DNA of 64,000 nucleotides from Blepharisma stoltei ATCC 30299 (Eukaryota; Protista; Ciliophora): NCBI GenBank assembly GCA_965603825.1, contig CBFDEM010000006.1, positions 239,936 to 303,935 of the forward strand, read 5' to 3'. Shown piece by piece: positions 25,161 to 37,700 of this stretch (position 1 is its first letter; each line of letters starts with the position of its first letter). The notes under the pieces were generated by a model. It saw only the letters and a program-made list of their open reading frames with translations, ran no database searches and was not told where the DNA came from. The position numbers and the translations under genes were made by a program.

Positions 25161-25715
25161 CTATTTTCAGAGCTGGTTAAGCTCCATAAATGCTTGAAAT
25201 TGCCTTTGCATTTCTCCATTCGAGGATTCCATAATTTCTACCAATTGATCAAGCTTGTTATAAATATCACTATCTATATTTTTTTCAAAAATCTTAAATT
25301 CTTCTTGCTCTTGTAGTTTTATTTTACGTTGTATAGACCTCTCAGATCTTTCTTGATTATTTTTCTCTTTTTTCCTTTCTATTTCTTTAACAACTTTTTG
25401 TTCATATTCTAGTGCAGAATTGGTCTAAATTTGAATTACATTGACAGTTCAAACTCCCTTTGAAATTTCATTAAATATTTGCTACTTGCCGAGCAGAACT
25501 GGGAACACTAATTCTTCAACACTCTCTTTCTTGTATTTTTTTGAAGATATTGTCCTAAGCCTTTCCTTTTTGTTTTCGATATGCTCGATTATCTTATGCA
25601 GTGAAGCTTGTCCTTGATTTCGAATAAATTCTATTAGTGCACCTTCAAGAGTGTTATAAAATCGGTATAAAGGATTGCATTTAAGTGCTTTTGAGTCTCT
25701 AATTTCTGAATCCAT
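25161..25715 (-). pseudogene. Subfamily X gene (X3) with one in-frame TAG at 25482-25484; 15-nt intron 25425-25439
   Basis: LLGK*QIFNE aligns with LIYKKQIFNE of X1; rest of frame intact. Confidence 0.65.
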
Positions 25716-27011
25716 TATTTTTATCGCCTAATTAAATTATGAGACTATTTTGCTATATTCTAAGACTCTGTTGTTTATTATTTATATTCAAACCTTCCTT
25801 TCTATTTCTTAATCTAAGAGATATTGACTTTTCTTATACTTTCAAATAGTTTTATCTTAAATATTCTAAATTCTTAAAAATATTATATGTAATTTAAAAT
25901 TTTTTAAAAATAGAAGGTATGTCTGAATTATATCAATAATCTTGTTTAATATGACAGTCTATTAGCTTTAGCTGGATAATCTTACGATATCTACCAAAAT
26001 CGCTTTAAATAAAATAGTTATTTTAAACTGAACTTATAATTAAAATTTGCTAGAATTTTTTCTCTGAACATTATATTTGCTTGTCTTTAAATTTTACTCT
26101 TTAGAGAATACTTTTGCAAATTACTCTATTAGCCTGTGATTTTTATTATTTTGATACTTTGTATGAAGATTTACAAATGGAGCATAAATGTAGATCATTA
26201 ATTTTGTTAACAAAATTAAAGTTTTAAATCGTTTTTTAACAAGAATGAATTTAAAAGCAGTCTAAAAGCTCGAAGATTAACGAGTTTGAACTGCACTTAA
26301 TTTTTTAATGCTAAAATAAGTGATTTTTTAATTAATTAATAGCTCTTCCTGAATTTTGACTAAAAATTTGTATTTTATATGTGTCATTGCCTTTGAGATT
26401 TGGGTTTTTGTTAATTCTAATCATCCTACCATGCTTGATGATTAAGCTTTATCATATTCTCTTCTTTCTTCTTATGGAATTTTTAATTATTCTGACTTAA
26501 TAAATTGATTCAATACAGAAAACTTCTTTCAAGCCTGTGTCATGTCCTTTAAGCTCATATCAAAAGATTAGGAAATTTGTGAAAGTACGAAGGATAGTCA
26601 TGATATAATTAATTTTAAAAATTTAATTAGATTGTTAAGGATAATATATAAAGCTTTATGTTTTGAGCAAATATCAAGGGCTGAAGAGATTTTACATACT
26701 AATTTTAAAATATCTTAAGAAAAACTCTAATGTGCAAATAGGGTTAAATTATAGGATAAACCCTATTTTTCAAAAGACATTTGGTTTTTATATTTTTTAT
26801 TAGTAATATTTCCTTTTGTTTTAATTAGATTTAAGAATTCTTGCATTAATAAATGTTAAATAAAAAATTAGTTTGTAATTAATATAAGCGAAGTAAACTT
26901 ATTTTTAACTGGCTAGTAAGTAAAACATCCTTGCTTTTAAAGAATATAGAAGGGATAATAAAAATCTCCAGATTTGTTGAATTTTTTAAAAGGTTTTGCA
27001 AAATTATAGTT

Positions 27012-27088
27012 GGCTCAATGCCAAGGAGATACTTCAGTGGATATACCAGTGCCTTCGGGTCAAATTTACCTCTCCTGGCGCAATAGCT
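27012..27088 (+). ncRNA. Novel ~80-nt structured RNA family, copy E
   Basis: GGCUCAAUGCCAAGGAGAUACUUCAGUGGAUAUACCAGUGCCUUCGGGUCAAAUUUACCUCUCCUGGCGCAAUAGCU, T-run 27088-27092. Confidence 0.8.
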
Positions 27089-27336
27089 TTTTAACTACAT
27101 AGGGTCAAATATTTTAATATATCTATTTGATAGACAGTGCTATCATGATAAATCACTCAAGCTTATTTTTTATTAGAATGATCTAATATATCTATAAAGT
27201 CTACTTATTATTATAAGTTCAAGCATTAAATTTCTCATTCCTTATTTAAAATCTCATAATAAGCACTTACTATAATGAAGATAATTACCATAAAAGTATG
27301 CTCAACTTTTCAATTTAAACAAACTTAAATAAATTA

Positions 27337-30300
27337 TTAGCTAAGAAAAACTAAGGCTAAAGCCAAAGTTGCACTTATTCCCATCATTTGTGCACTAGAG
27401 CTGCTTCCCGTTGCCTTTGGAGTTCTGATCGAATATCTTGGCAAGTTCGAATCAATACAGCTAGGCGCCAATGGATAATCATTGCAGGCTGTAAAATAGC
27501 AAATGTAAAAAGTTTCTGCATCTAGTTCTGAAACTTGAATAGAAGTTATACTAGAAGTAGTGCTTACAGCACTGCCTGCTTTCACTTTTGTAGAAGTAGC
27601 ATCTAACCCATCCACAATCTGTCAAGCATAAGTTGTATGGCCTGTAATGTCATTGTTACTACACGAAGTGTAAATTTTTCCAGCCACAGATGTTGCTGCC
27701 ACAAATTTTACGGCTTTATCTGTAATTGAATCTATTACTGGAGATGTATTTCATAGAGGAGTTTCTCCAGCTGAAATGGCGTTTGGCTGCCCAATATTTA
27801 AGACTTCCAATGATGAGCTTGAAAAATCAGATATAGATTGGGCTTTATTGAGATTTTCAATAATCATTTGTGAAGTAAACGACGGATAACGACTGTCAGA
27901 TAGAACACTATAAGTGAACGTGGTGGTAACAGTCTCAGCTAATCTTCTTCTTGCCGAAGCTTTATAAACTAGCCATGAAGGATTGATACCCATATTCTTC
28001 GCTAAAACCTTTTTGATATTCTCACTAGAGCTGCTGAGAACAGTTCCATTGAAAGTGACTGAGGTAGTGTATAGCTGCCCAATGCTATTTGTGGTAAAAT
28101 TATAAGTCTGAAGAGGATAAGCAGCTGTATTATTAGTCATCCTTGTTGAAATATAAGCTATAAATGTATAGCTCGTTCCTCCCATTAGCCAATTAAAATC
28201 AAGAGTGGTTCCTAAAGTGCTAATAACCTGAGACGATGCCCAATAACTATCACAATGGCTAGCATGAATTCTTCTGAAAAATGAGTATATATCCGTATCA
28301 TTTTCTGCAGTATTAATGTGTTGATATTCATCTGCCAACTGCTCTTGAAGGGTTTGAGTAGTACTAGAAGGATGAACAAGATCAGATATTGAAGACACTA
28401 AGTCTTCATAATCCAATATTGGTTTGCCTTGACATCCAAGTCCCCAGTACAGAATTCCTGGCAGTGTAGTACCTATAGATAGTTTGTATTCAGACCCATT
28501 TATCGATGTCCCCGAAATGGTTGGAGTAGTTGTCACGACTGTAGGTAAAGCTGAAGAAATTGATGCTGTCATTTTAATTGGTGTAGCATAAGCTAAGGCG
28601 TCAGTTCCTGAAAGTTTAAATGACAAGGAATTTTCCTTGCTTGAAAAACTAGAGTCGACATAGACTTGGAAATAAAGCTCATCCACGTCAGGGCCAAATG
28701 TAAGAGAAGTTGGGCTGATCGTCATTCCGGCTAATGAAAATGATGGGGTTACTATTAATTGGGTAGCAGGAGGATACGAAGGAGTAACTTTAATAGGGAG
28801 ACTTATGTAGGAATGATAGAAGGTGGGCAATTGGTCTATAGAAATGGTTAAAGCAGCTAAAGTGCTGCAGACTTCAATCAACATACTTACTGGCGCACTA
28901 TATATATTGTTTGAAACTCCTTCTTGTAATGTTTCGACTGGTTTTCCCCAATCAATATAATAAATTCCTGTAGCAGCACTAATTGTTGCTGAAACTCGGA
29001 AATTAATTGTAGAAGTCATCTGATAAGCAGTGAAATTGTGAGTCGCAGACGTATATTTAATGTTTCCATTATCTGGGTAATTCACGTTTGTAATTGGCTT
29101 AAGCTTCAATGATTTTGACCTCATAGGCCATTTTTTATTATCAAGAACAGAAATAGTGATATCTTTACTTTGCTGCCCAGGTAATAATTTTATACCCCCA
29201 GATGCTCTATTTGGTTCATATGTACCTGTGCTTATATCAGTTGTGCTTAACGTATATCCAACATAAGCAGAATTGAGGACTCCATAACTTTTTGCAAATG
29301 TCTTTGGAGTGCTAGAATCATAAACTGCGATATCAAATTTATTACTTCATACATCAGGTAAATGGTTAGAAAAGGTTGCATAATCTGTGACATCTCACCC
29401 TGAAGACCTCGTATACCCTCATTCAGGATTGTAAAGGGATGTCAGATGGATTTGGATTCTTGAAGTTGATGCTAATTCTAAGCTTGATTCTGATTGGAAA
29501 GCATGGCTTATTGTGTTTCCATTGATATTGCAAGATTTTGCAGTGCTGAAAGCTCTATTTGTCGTGCTTGTAGACAAGGATGATTCGTCAAAATAATTAG
29601 ATTCACAGCTGATAGTGCTTATATTTCTCAGCTTGATATTGAATTGTTGTGGGAAAATGATAGAAATGATGTAGTCTGTTGTGTATGTAGCTGCTGCATA
29701 GAAATCGAAAGTATAAGTAGCTGAGCTTGAAAGATCTGCTGTATTGACAGTGACATCTTTAAGTGAAACAATATTTCCTACAACACTTCCTATTGTTAGT
29801 GAGCCAGTGTTTTGAATATATGCCTTTACAGATCCATCTGATCCATAGTGATACAAACTAAATTTTTCAGATAAAGTTCCTGCAGTTGGGTTTTGAACCA
29901 TATTAACAGTAATATCAATAACTGATGTAGTATCTGTCACAACTTTAGTAACTCCAGATATGGTAAGTTTCCAATGATCCACACTGCAAAATGATCCACT
30001 ATCAATCCCTAGCGTTGTAGAGCTGCAAGTAAGGTACCAATTGCTTGAAAAGCAATCTGCTAGAGATAATTTTGCATCCCCTATGTGCGGATCAAATTCC
30101 CTAGGAAATTTAATCACAAAATAATCAGCGGCCGTTACGTTTGAGCTTGAACTGAAAGTAAAAGTATATGAGGTAGATTCTCCAGCACTGCTTGAGTCAA
30201 CTTGTTTAATTGACAGGGAAGAAATTTTGCTATCAACTGAGCTTCCAACAGTGAATAAAAATGAAGCTGATGGGTTTGGATCCGCTGTAATTGGTGTTCC

Positions 30301-33300
30301 ATTCCAAGATGTTGAAATTGTCCAACCTGCCGAAGTTGATGAAGAAGATGGCAAGGTAAGAGCACTATCAAGATAAACTTGGATTTGTTCACCAACTAGG
30401 AGACTTCTACCCAGCTGCAATGTTACATAACTATCAGAAACAGAGCAGGAGTAGGTGTCTTTGCTAGTCCAGCATGAATTGGTGATATCTCCAGAAAAAT
30501 ATCATGTGCTTACAAATCCTGGGCTTATTTTTATGATACTATATTGAGGAATTGCTTTTGAGAAAGAAAAACCTAAATAAATATCAGAGACTGCGCCTGC
30601 TACATTGGGATACGCCTTCGCTATAAAACCATCAGTATTTGTTTTCCCTATATCGCTTGAAGTTGAGACTGAAAACGAATTTGTTAAAGTTTTGGCAGAA
30701 TCTATAAGAAATCCATTTGCATCATATGTGTTTACGTCTGTAAAGCAAGGCAAACTAGTTGCAGATGATGATGGAATTACATGATAAATATTTACAGAAA
30801 TTTGCCCTGCTAAAATCTCAGCAAACCCGGTTAGGGTTACAGTTGTATCTGATATACTGCAAGCTCTTTTGACAGTATCAGAATAATCAGTAAATGATTT
30901 TCCTTCACAAGTCACAACCAAAGGCGAAGAATTCGGCAATGTCCATGTGCTCGATGCCAATGTGATAGTAATTTTTCCATTTCCAGGAACAGGATTTACA
31001 GTTGTAAAAGAAAGTAATAAAGCGGAGTCCACAGAATCTGAGCCTTGAGTATATGGTTTATCAAGCACACATGAATCTAATGTAATTTTTGCTGCATTAA
31101 CTGTTATGCCTACATTACCTATAACTGTACATGGTGATCCTGCCGTTTGTAATGCTGAAAAGACAACTAAATTATTAGAAGCTGCATCAGCAGTTTGCCC
31201 TGTTGACATTGGAGCAGTCAAGCCACCTATTGAAATGCTTGTAGTTGAAGTCGATGAAAGCGAGATACGGTTTGAAATCTCCCCCAAAATAAATCCTCCA
31301 ATAAATGAGCTACTTGATAAAGAAACTGAATAAGTTGCTTTTGATGAAGTTCCGCCAAATGCTAATGAAGCACTAGATGTTGATATGGCAAACCCAGAAG
31401 GCAAGCCTACTCCAATTCAATCTGATTGCGAAATTGTTCCAGAAGAAGAAGGCTGAAAATTTCCACTAGAAGTAGTAGAAGCTGCTCCTACTGTATAAGC
31501 TCCATTTTGAGGGGTAGAAATTGCTGAAGAACTAATGCCATTTGCGGTGTCAGTGTTATAATTGTTTGTAGATGACTTAGAGTACAAAAACATCTTTATA
31601 TTAGGGTCTCCTCCAGCTATAACGTAGTAAAATGTTGCTGTTCCTGATAAAGATGACCCACTAGCTCCATTTGGCAACAAAATTGTCAAAGTATTCCCGC
31701 TGGTCACAGATCCAAGTCCAGAAATGGTCACAGTATTTGATGTTATACTAGCTACTGGTGTCACTCCAGATTTCGTAGAGATCACTGGCAAGCTACTCCC
31801 ATCGCTTAACCCTGTGCCCAAATTAGTCCCATCACTAAAAGTCACATCAAGATAATAAAGGTTGATTTTTTCTCCAAAACTAAAAGCCATATTCAAGGCA
31901 TGATAAGTAACGGCAATAGGGATTCCTACAAATTTGTCAGTGCACAATGGAGCAACAGTCAAGCTAGGGTCTGTTTGTAAGGTATAGACTGAATAAACAT
32001 AATTGTAAAACTCAGTAGCTGAGGAGCTCCCTGATGGTGTTACCTGTGCCCAGCATTCATAGAAAGTAGCAACATTTGATTGTACAAATGGAAGGGCTGT
32101 CGTTTTGGAGTCACTACCGGAGGAAGGATCTCCATATGCAAAGGCGAAATACTGATTGGCGGATGGGAATTTGCCAGAGGCAAAAGTGATTGTTATTGAT
32201 CCCGGGGCGTCATCAGAAAGCTTAGGAGAATTTCCAGTAGATGATAGAATATTTAGCGCGGTATCTGCAGCTGAATCAGAGAAAGCACCGTCATAATACT
32301 GAGCAGCAATATTGATATAAGTTTGAGCTAGTTGTACTCCTGAAACAGATAAGGGTAAATTGACTGTAAGTTTTGTGTTAGCTGCCCAACTTGTTGATGG
32401 CTGCATAAACCACATCAAGTATTGGGTAGTGGCAAGATAACCTCCTATTTGGAGACCTGAAGTAAACCCAGAGCTTCCTTTATACTTATAAGAATCTGTC
32501 GCGAAAAATTCAAAATCTCCCATTGCATGATAAGATGAGGAAGTGCCGAATGACCAAAGGAATGCGGAATCCAGTTTATCGATTTTTGCAGCTGAATCGC
32601 TGCTTACTATTGAGCTTATTTGAGCATTTGCTGATAACTTAGCTAATAATGTAATAGAAATTGACTTTTCAGCTCCTAAGCCTGCACTCGTGCTATCAAA
32701 TGTAATTGTAGCAATTGAATTGCTGACTTTACAAGATACTCCCTGAGCATAATTATTGAGATAGCATAATCCAGAGGTTCCTGATGAAGGATTTGCGTGG
32801 TCTTGATACCATTTGGCAGTTGAAATATCTGCATTATTAAAAGTAATTGCTATTGACCCTATCGTAATTGCATGAGAAATTTGAAGAGTTAGTTTTGTGA
32901 AAATAGAAAAAGTATTAGAACTTGGAATATCTGTAGATGAGACTTTGGAGTTATAAGGAGCCCATGAAGTTACTTTTATGGACCCTATTGCTGGTGTTAA
33001 AGGTCCATTACCCATAAATTGGGCAAGCAAAGTTGTTGTTCCCCATCTTCAAATCTTTAATTTCCAAGTATAGCTTGTCAAAGGTCTAGCTGATCCAGGA
33101 AAAATGAAATTTACAACCTTAAGCTGGACCTCATAAGCTGAAGTTACAATCACGTCTTGAGAAAGTCCGTAAATATAAACACTATTTGTCTCTCCATTTG
33201 TTGACTGAGAAGGCTTAAGTCCTCCGCCTGCACCTCCTGATAAAGCAATAGCACATGGTAAGTTATTATCTCCTTGGGGACCTTTAATATAGTTAGTAGA

Positions 33301-33975
33301 ATTTGCTGAAACATCTATTGAAGAACAGCTAATAGAAGTATCTGTAGAAATACTCCAATATGTGTCAGGAATTATCTCAAAAATGTCATGCTTCCACAAA
33401 TTTACCCCAGCAGGAATAGAAAAAGTGAAAATAATTGAATCTTTTGAGCCAACATAGCCGGTTGTCGGAGTTAACGTAGCTGCAGCTGCTTGTAAGGAAT
33501 TTGAAGCAGGGCTGGAGGCTCAAGGTCCAACTGCTATACAGCCAAATACGTAATTTGCGTCATAAAGCTGCCCAGTAGCTATAGATCTTGTAACGATCTG
33601 AAGTGGCCCATAAACTCCAGGAGAAGGCAGAGATGAGACTTTAAATGAGAAAGAATAATCAGTGCTTCCCTTTATTTCCATGAGACTTGAGGTGTAAGTT
33701 GTCGCGCTTGAAGAGCCTACAAAGTTTGATGGAACTGTCACTTGGACAATTCCGAGGTTTCCATCTGAGTTTATAGATGTGAAAGGTCTGAAATTTACTG
33801 TAATGAATGCGTTGCTTGTTCCTGCGTTGGTTTGAGAGAGTTCAATTGGATTGGGAGCCCAGCTATCTTGCCACCAAGTGATTCTGCCCGGGTCGAGATA
33901 TCCATCCTTCGATATCATTGTTGGATCTGAAGCAGCAAGTCATAAAATTGCTATTATGCTTATAAGACTTTTCAT
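27337..33975 (-). CDS. Giant Ser/Thr-rich secreted, putatively GPI-anchored surface protein, paralogue 2 (2212 aa)
   Basis: Seven listed ORFs are all in one frame, joined by 10 TGA=Trp; signal peptide MKSLISIIAILWLAAS, ARRRLAE motif, hydrophobic C-terminus after small residues. Confidence 0.9.
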
Positions 33976-34750
33976 TACGAGAAGATAATTTTAAATTTCT
34001 TTCTATAATATTTGGTAAAATGTGGATAATTCGAAATTAGATAATTTGAATAAGCTTTTAGAATAAAAGGCCAAAAGAAGAGTGGGATAAAAATAATTTT
34101 GGAAATTTTGGACTTAGATAAAGTGTCTTTTAATAGAAAGATGGTATAAGATATATTGATTAGGAAATTAGCAAAGTCTAAAGAGAGAAGTATAGACCCT
34201 TGATTTATTATGGATATAATGAGCATTCTAAAAGATTTTAAATTTTCTTGGCATTTTAAAAATGCATTTGGCTTGTAAGAAGTCTATTATCAATTCTTCG
34301 AAGGATCAATCTCCCAATATTGGTGGTTTTGACTTAAAAAATGATATACCATGCATTTTAGCAGTATAATCCAAAGCAACCCCTTTCGAAATTCGATTTC
34401 ATTTATTTGAGCTTTTAATATTGTCTGATAGATAAAATTTAATTAAAAAACTGAACATATGAATATTTATTTAAATTTTATTTTAATCAATTTATTTCCT
34501 GACTCATTGTGATAACGCTGTAAAAGATTGCTAACAAGAACAGCATTTCGAGGCAGGCTTTTTTTATGATTTTTCAAATACTTAAATAATCGTATTTTAA
34601 TATTGATTTTAATTATATCTATCCATATTAAAGCTTTTAAATATATTTAATTAAAGGTTTATTTTTATTTTTGCATTAAAGCTTAAAAAGAAATTATCAA
34701 TTAAAAACTTATATTAGATGAATTAATAGGATAAATTTAAGTAAAATGCT

Positions 34751-37700
34751 TTAGTTAAGTAAGATTAAGAAGAATGTCAGCGCTGCGCTAACTTCCATAA
34801 ACACTGCATTGCTTGAGCTGCTTGAAGATCCTGTAGTTGTAATTGAAACGCTTGCCAGAGCAGTAGAGGTGCTTGCGACATAATCAATACAAAGCGGATT
34901 TAATGGATAACTATTGCATGCAGTAAAATAGCAAACATAAGCAGTGCCTGCTTTCAAACCTGCGACAGTAAGAGTTTCGCTAGTAGCAGCAACGCTTGTA
35001 ACGCTTGATGATGGCACTGTAGAAGATGTAGCATCTAGCCCATCCATAACTTGCCAAGCATAAGTGATGCGACCTGTCAAATCGTCATCTGAGCATGACA
35101 CATAGATGGTTCCTGCCTGTGAAGAAGCTGCTGTGAAAGTTGCAGATGTATCAGCGACTGTAGATTTTGCTGGGGCAGTTGACCATGATGGAGTTGTTCC
35201 TGTCGAGACGGATGCAGATGTCCCCAAGCTTGTTGCGGTCAATGCGTATAAGTTAGTGAAGTCTGATGTTGCCTGGGCTTGGTTAGTATTGAGGTTGGTT
35301 ATCATAGATGATGATGTGTAGGATGGATATCTGCTATCAGCAAGAACATTATAAGTAAATGTCGTAGTGCTAGTAGTGCTGCTTTGGAGCATTCTACTAG
35401 ATGATGTCCCTGATAAAGTTAACCATGAAGGATTCACGCCCATGTTCTTAGCTAAAACCTTGGCGATATTGCTGCTGGAGCTGCTAGCTACAGATCCTGA
35501 AAAAGTGACTGATGTTGTGTAGATAGAAGCAAGAGCATCTGTGGTAAAGTTATAAGTCTTTATAGGGTAAACCGTAGTATCATTGGTCAATCTTGTAGCA
35601 ATATAAGCTGTAAAAGTATAGCTGGTTCCAGCCATAAGCCAGTTGAAGTCAAGTGTAGCACCTGAAGTCGTAATAACCTGAGAAGAAGCCCAATAATCAT
35701 TGCAATGTTCAGCATGGATTCTTTTGAAGAAAGAATAGATATCGGTATCCCCTTTAGAAGTGTTAATATCTGTCTCTGTATGATTATACTGAATTGCTAA
35801 TTGCTCGTTTAGGGTTAGAATGCTGCTGGATGGGGTTACAAGATCAGAAACCAAAGCTGAGAGTCCAGCAAAAGTAAGAACCTGAGAACCTTGGCATCCA
35901 AGACCCCAATACAAAACTCCGGCTATTGATGTCGTCACACTAATCTTGTATTCTGATGCGCTTACTTTAGACCCTGATAGTCCTGGAGTAGCTGCGACTA
36001 TAGAAGGATAAGTCGTTAAAACTGAAACTGTCACCTTGCTTGGAGCTGTAAAGGCAGCAGCATCAGTTCCTGAAAGGGTAAATGTAAGAGATGGAGAAGT
36101 TGTGGAGGCTACATAAGTAGAGCCAACATGAATTTGGAAATAAAGTTCATTTACATCAGGACCAAATGTAAGAGCAGTCGGAGTGATTGTAAATCCAGTG
36201 ACTGAAGCTGAAGGGGTTACTATTAATTGAGTAGCTGGAGAGTTTGCAAGAGCCACTCTGATTGGAAGACTGGTGTAGTATTGGTAGATGCTTGGCAGAG
36301 GATCCACTGTGATAGATACAGCTGTTAAAGAACTGCAAACTTCAACCAAGATGTTCAATGGGGCGCTATATAAAGGACTAGAAACTCCATCTTGCAATGT
36401 TTCAACAGGTGTTCCCCAATCGATATAGTAAATTCCTTGAGCTGCACTGCTTGTTGCTGATACTCTGAATTTAATTTGTGAAACCATTTGGAAGGCTATG
36501 AAGCTATATTGAGCTGAAGTGTATTTGAGGTTTCCATTATCAGGGTAATTAGCGTTTGAAGTTGGAGACAGCTTAAGTGATTTTGATTTCATAGGCCAGC
36601 TGTTGCTGTCGAGAAGGGAAATAGTGATATCTGAGCTTTGTTGTCCAGGCAATAATTTTATACCTCCTGAAGTATTAGTTGGATCATAATTGCCAATGCT
36701 AAGATCAGTCGTGCTCAGTGTATACCCAATAAAACCTGAGTGAAGGACTCCATAGCTTCTAGCATATGTTTTGCCTGTGCTGAATTGAGAGACTGCAATA
36801 TCAAATTTATTGCTCCACTCGTCAGGAGAAGTTGTCCCAGTAAATGTAGCATAGTCAGTCACATCCCATCCAGCAGTTCTGGTGAATCCCCATTCAGGGT
36901 TATAGAAAGAAGTCAATTGGACCTGGATTCTTGAGGTGGATGCCATTGCTAGGCTTGTCCCTGATGGGAATGCAAGGGTAACGTTGTTTCCATTGACAGA
37001 GCAAGATGTTGCAGAGCTGAAAGCAGTGCTGGTAGTAGTGCTTGTAGATGACGAGGATTCATCATAATAAACTGATTTGCATGAAGATGAAGTACCCATT
37101 TTCAATTGGTTGTTGAATTGTTGAGGGAATAAGATAGAAATGATGTAATCTGGGGTGTATGTAGCTGCTGCGTAGAAGTTAAAAGTATAGGTAGCTGAAT
37201 TTGCTAGCTCTGTGGAGTCAACAGTAACGTTTTTAAGTGAAACAATATTTGCTACGTTGCTTCCAATGGTAACAGTGCTGGCTGATTGGAGGTAAGACTT
37301 TACAGATCCATCAGATCCATATTGGTAAAAGCTGAATTTTCCAGCAGTAGTTCCTGCTACTGGGTTTTGGACCATATTGACTTGGATATCAATGCTTGCA
37401 GATGCGGCTAATGTCTTAGTGATTCCTGTTACGACAACATACCAATGATCAGCACTGCAAAGTGTTCCACTAGGAATTCCCAGTGCGCTAGATCCACAAG
37501 TAAGGTAAAAGTTATTAGGGGAGCAATCATTCAAAACAGCCTTTGCATCTCCTACATGAGGGTCAAAGTCTTTAGGGAACTGGATAATAAATGAATCAGT
37601 AGTTGCTACAGCTGAGGCTGATGAAAATGTAAAAAGATATGAAGAAACTTCTCCAGCAGAGGTTGTATTAACTTGGACAATAGATGCCAGTGTAATGACA

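Noticed and set aside
27012-27092. tRNA, U4/U6 or telomerase RNA identity for the small RNA
   Set aside because: No cloverleaf or B-box, no Sm site or ACAGAGA, and no CCCUAACA template.
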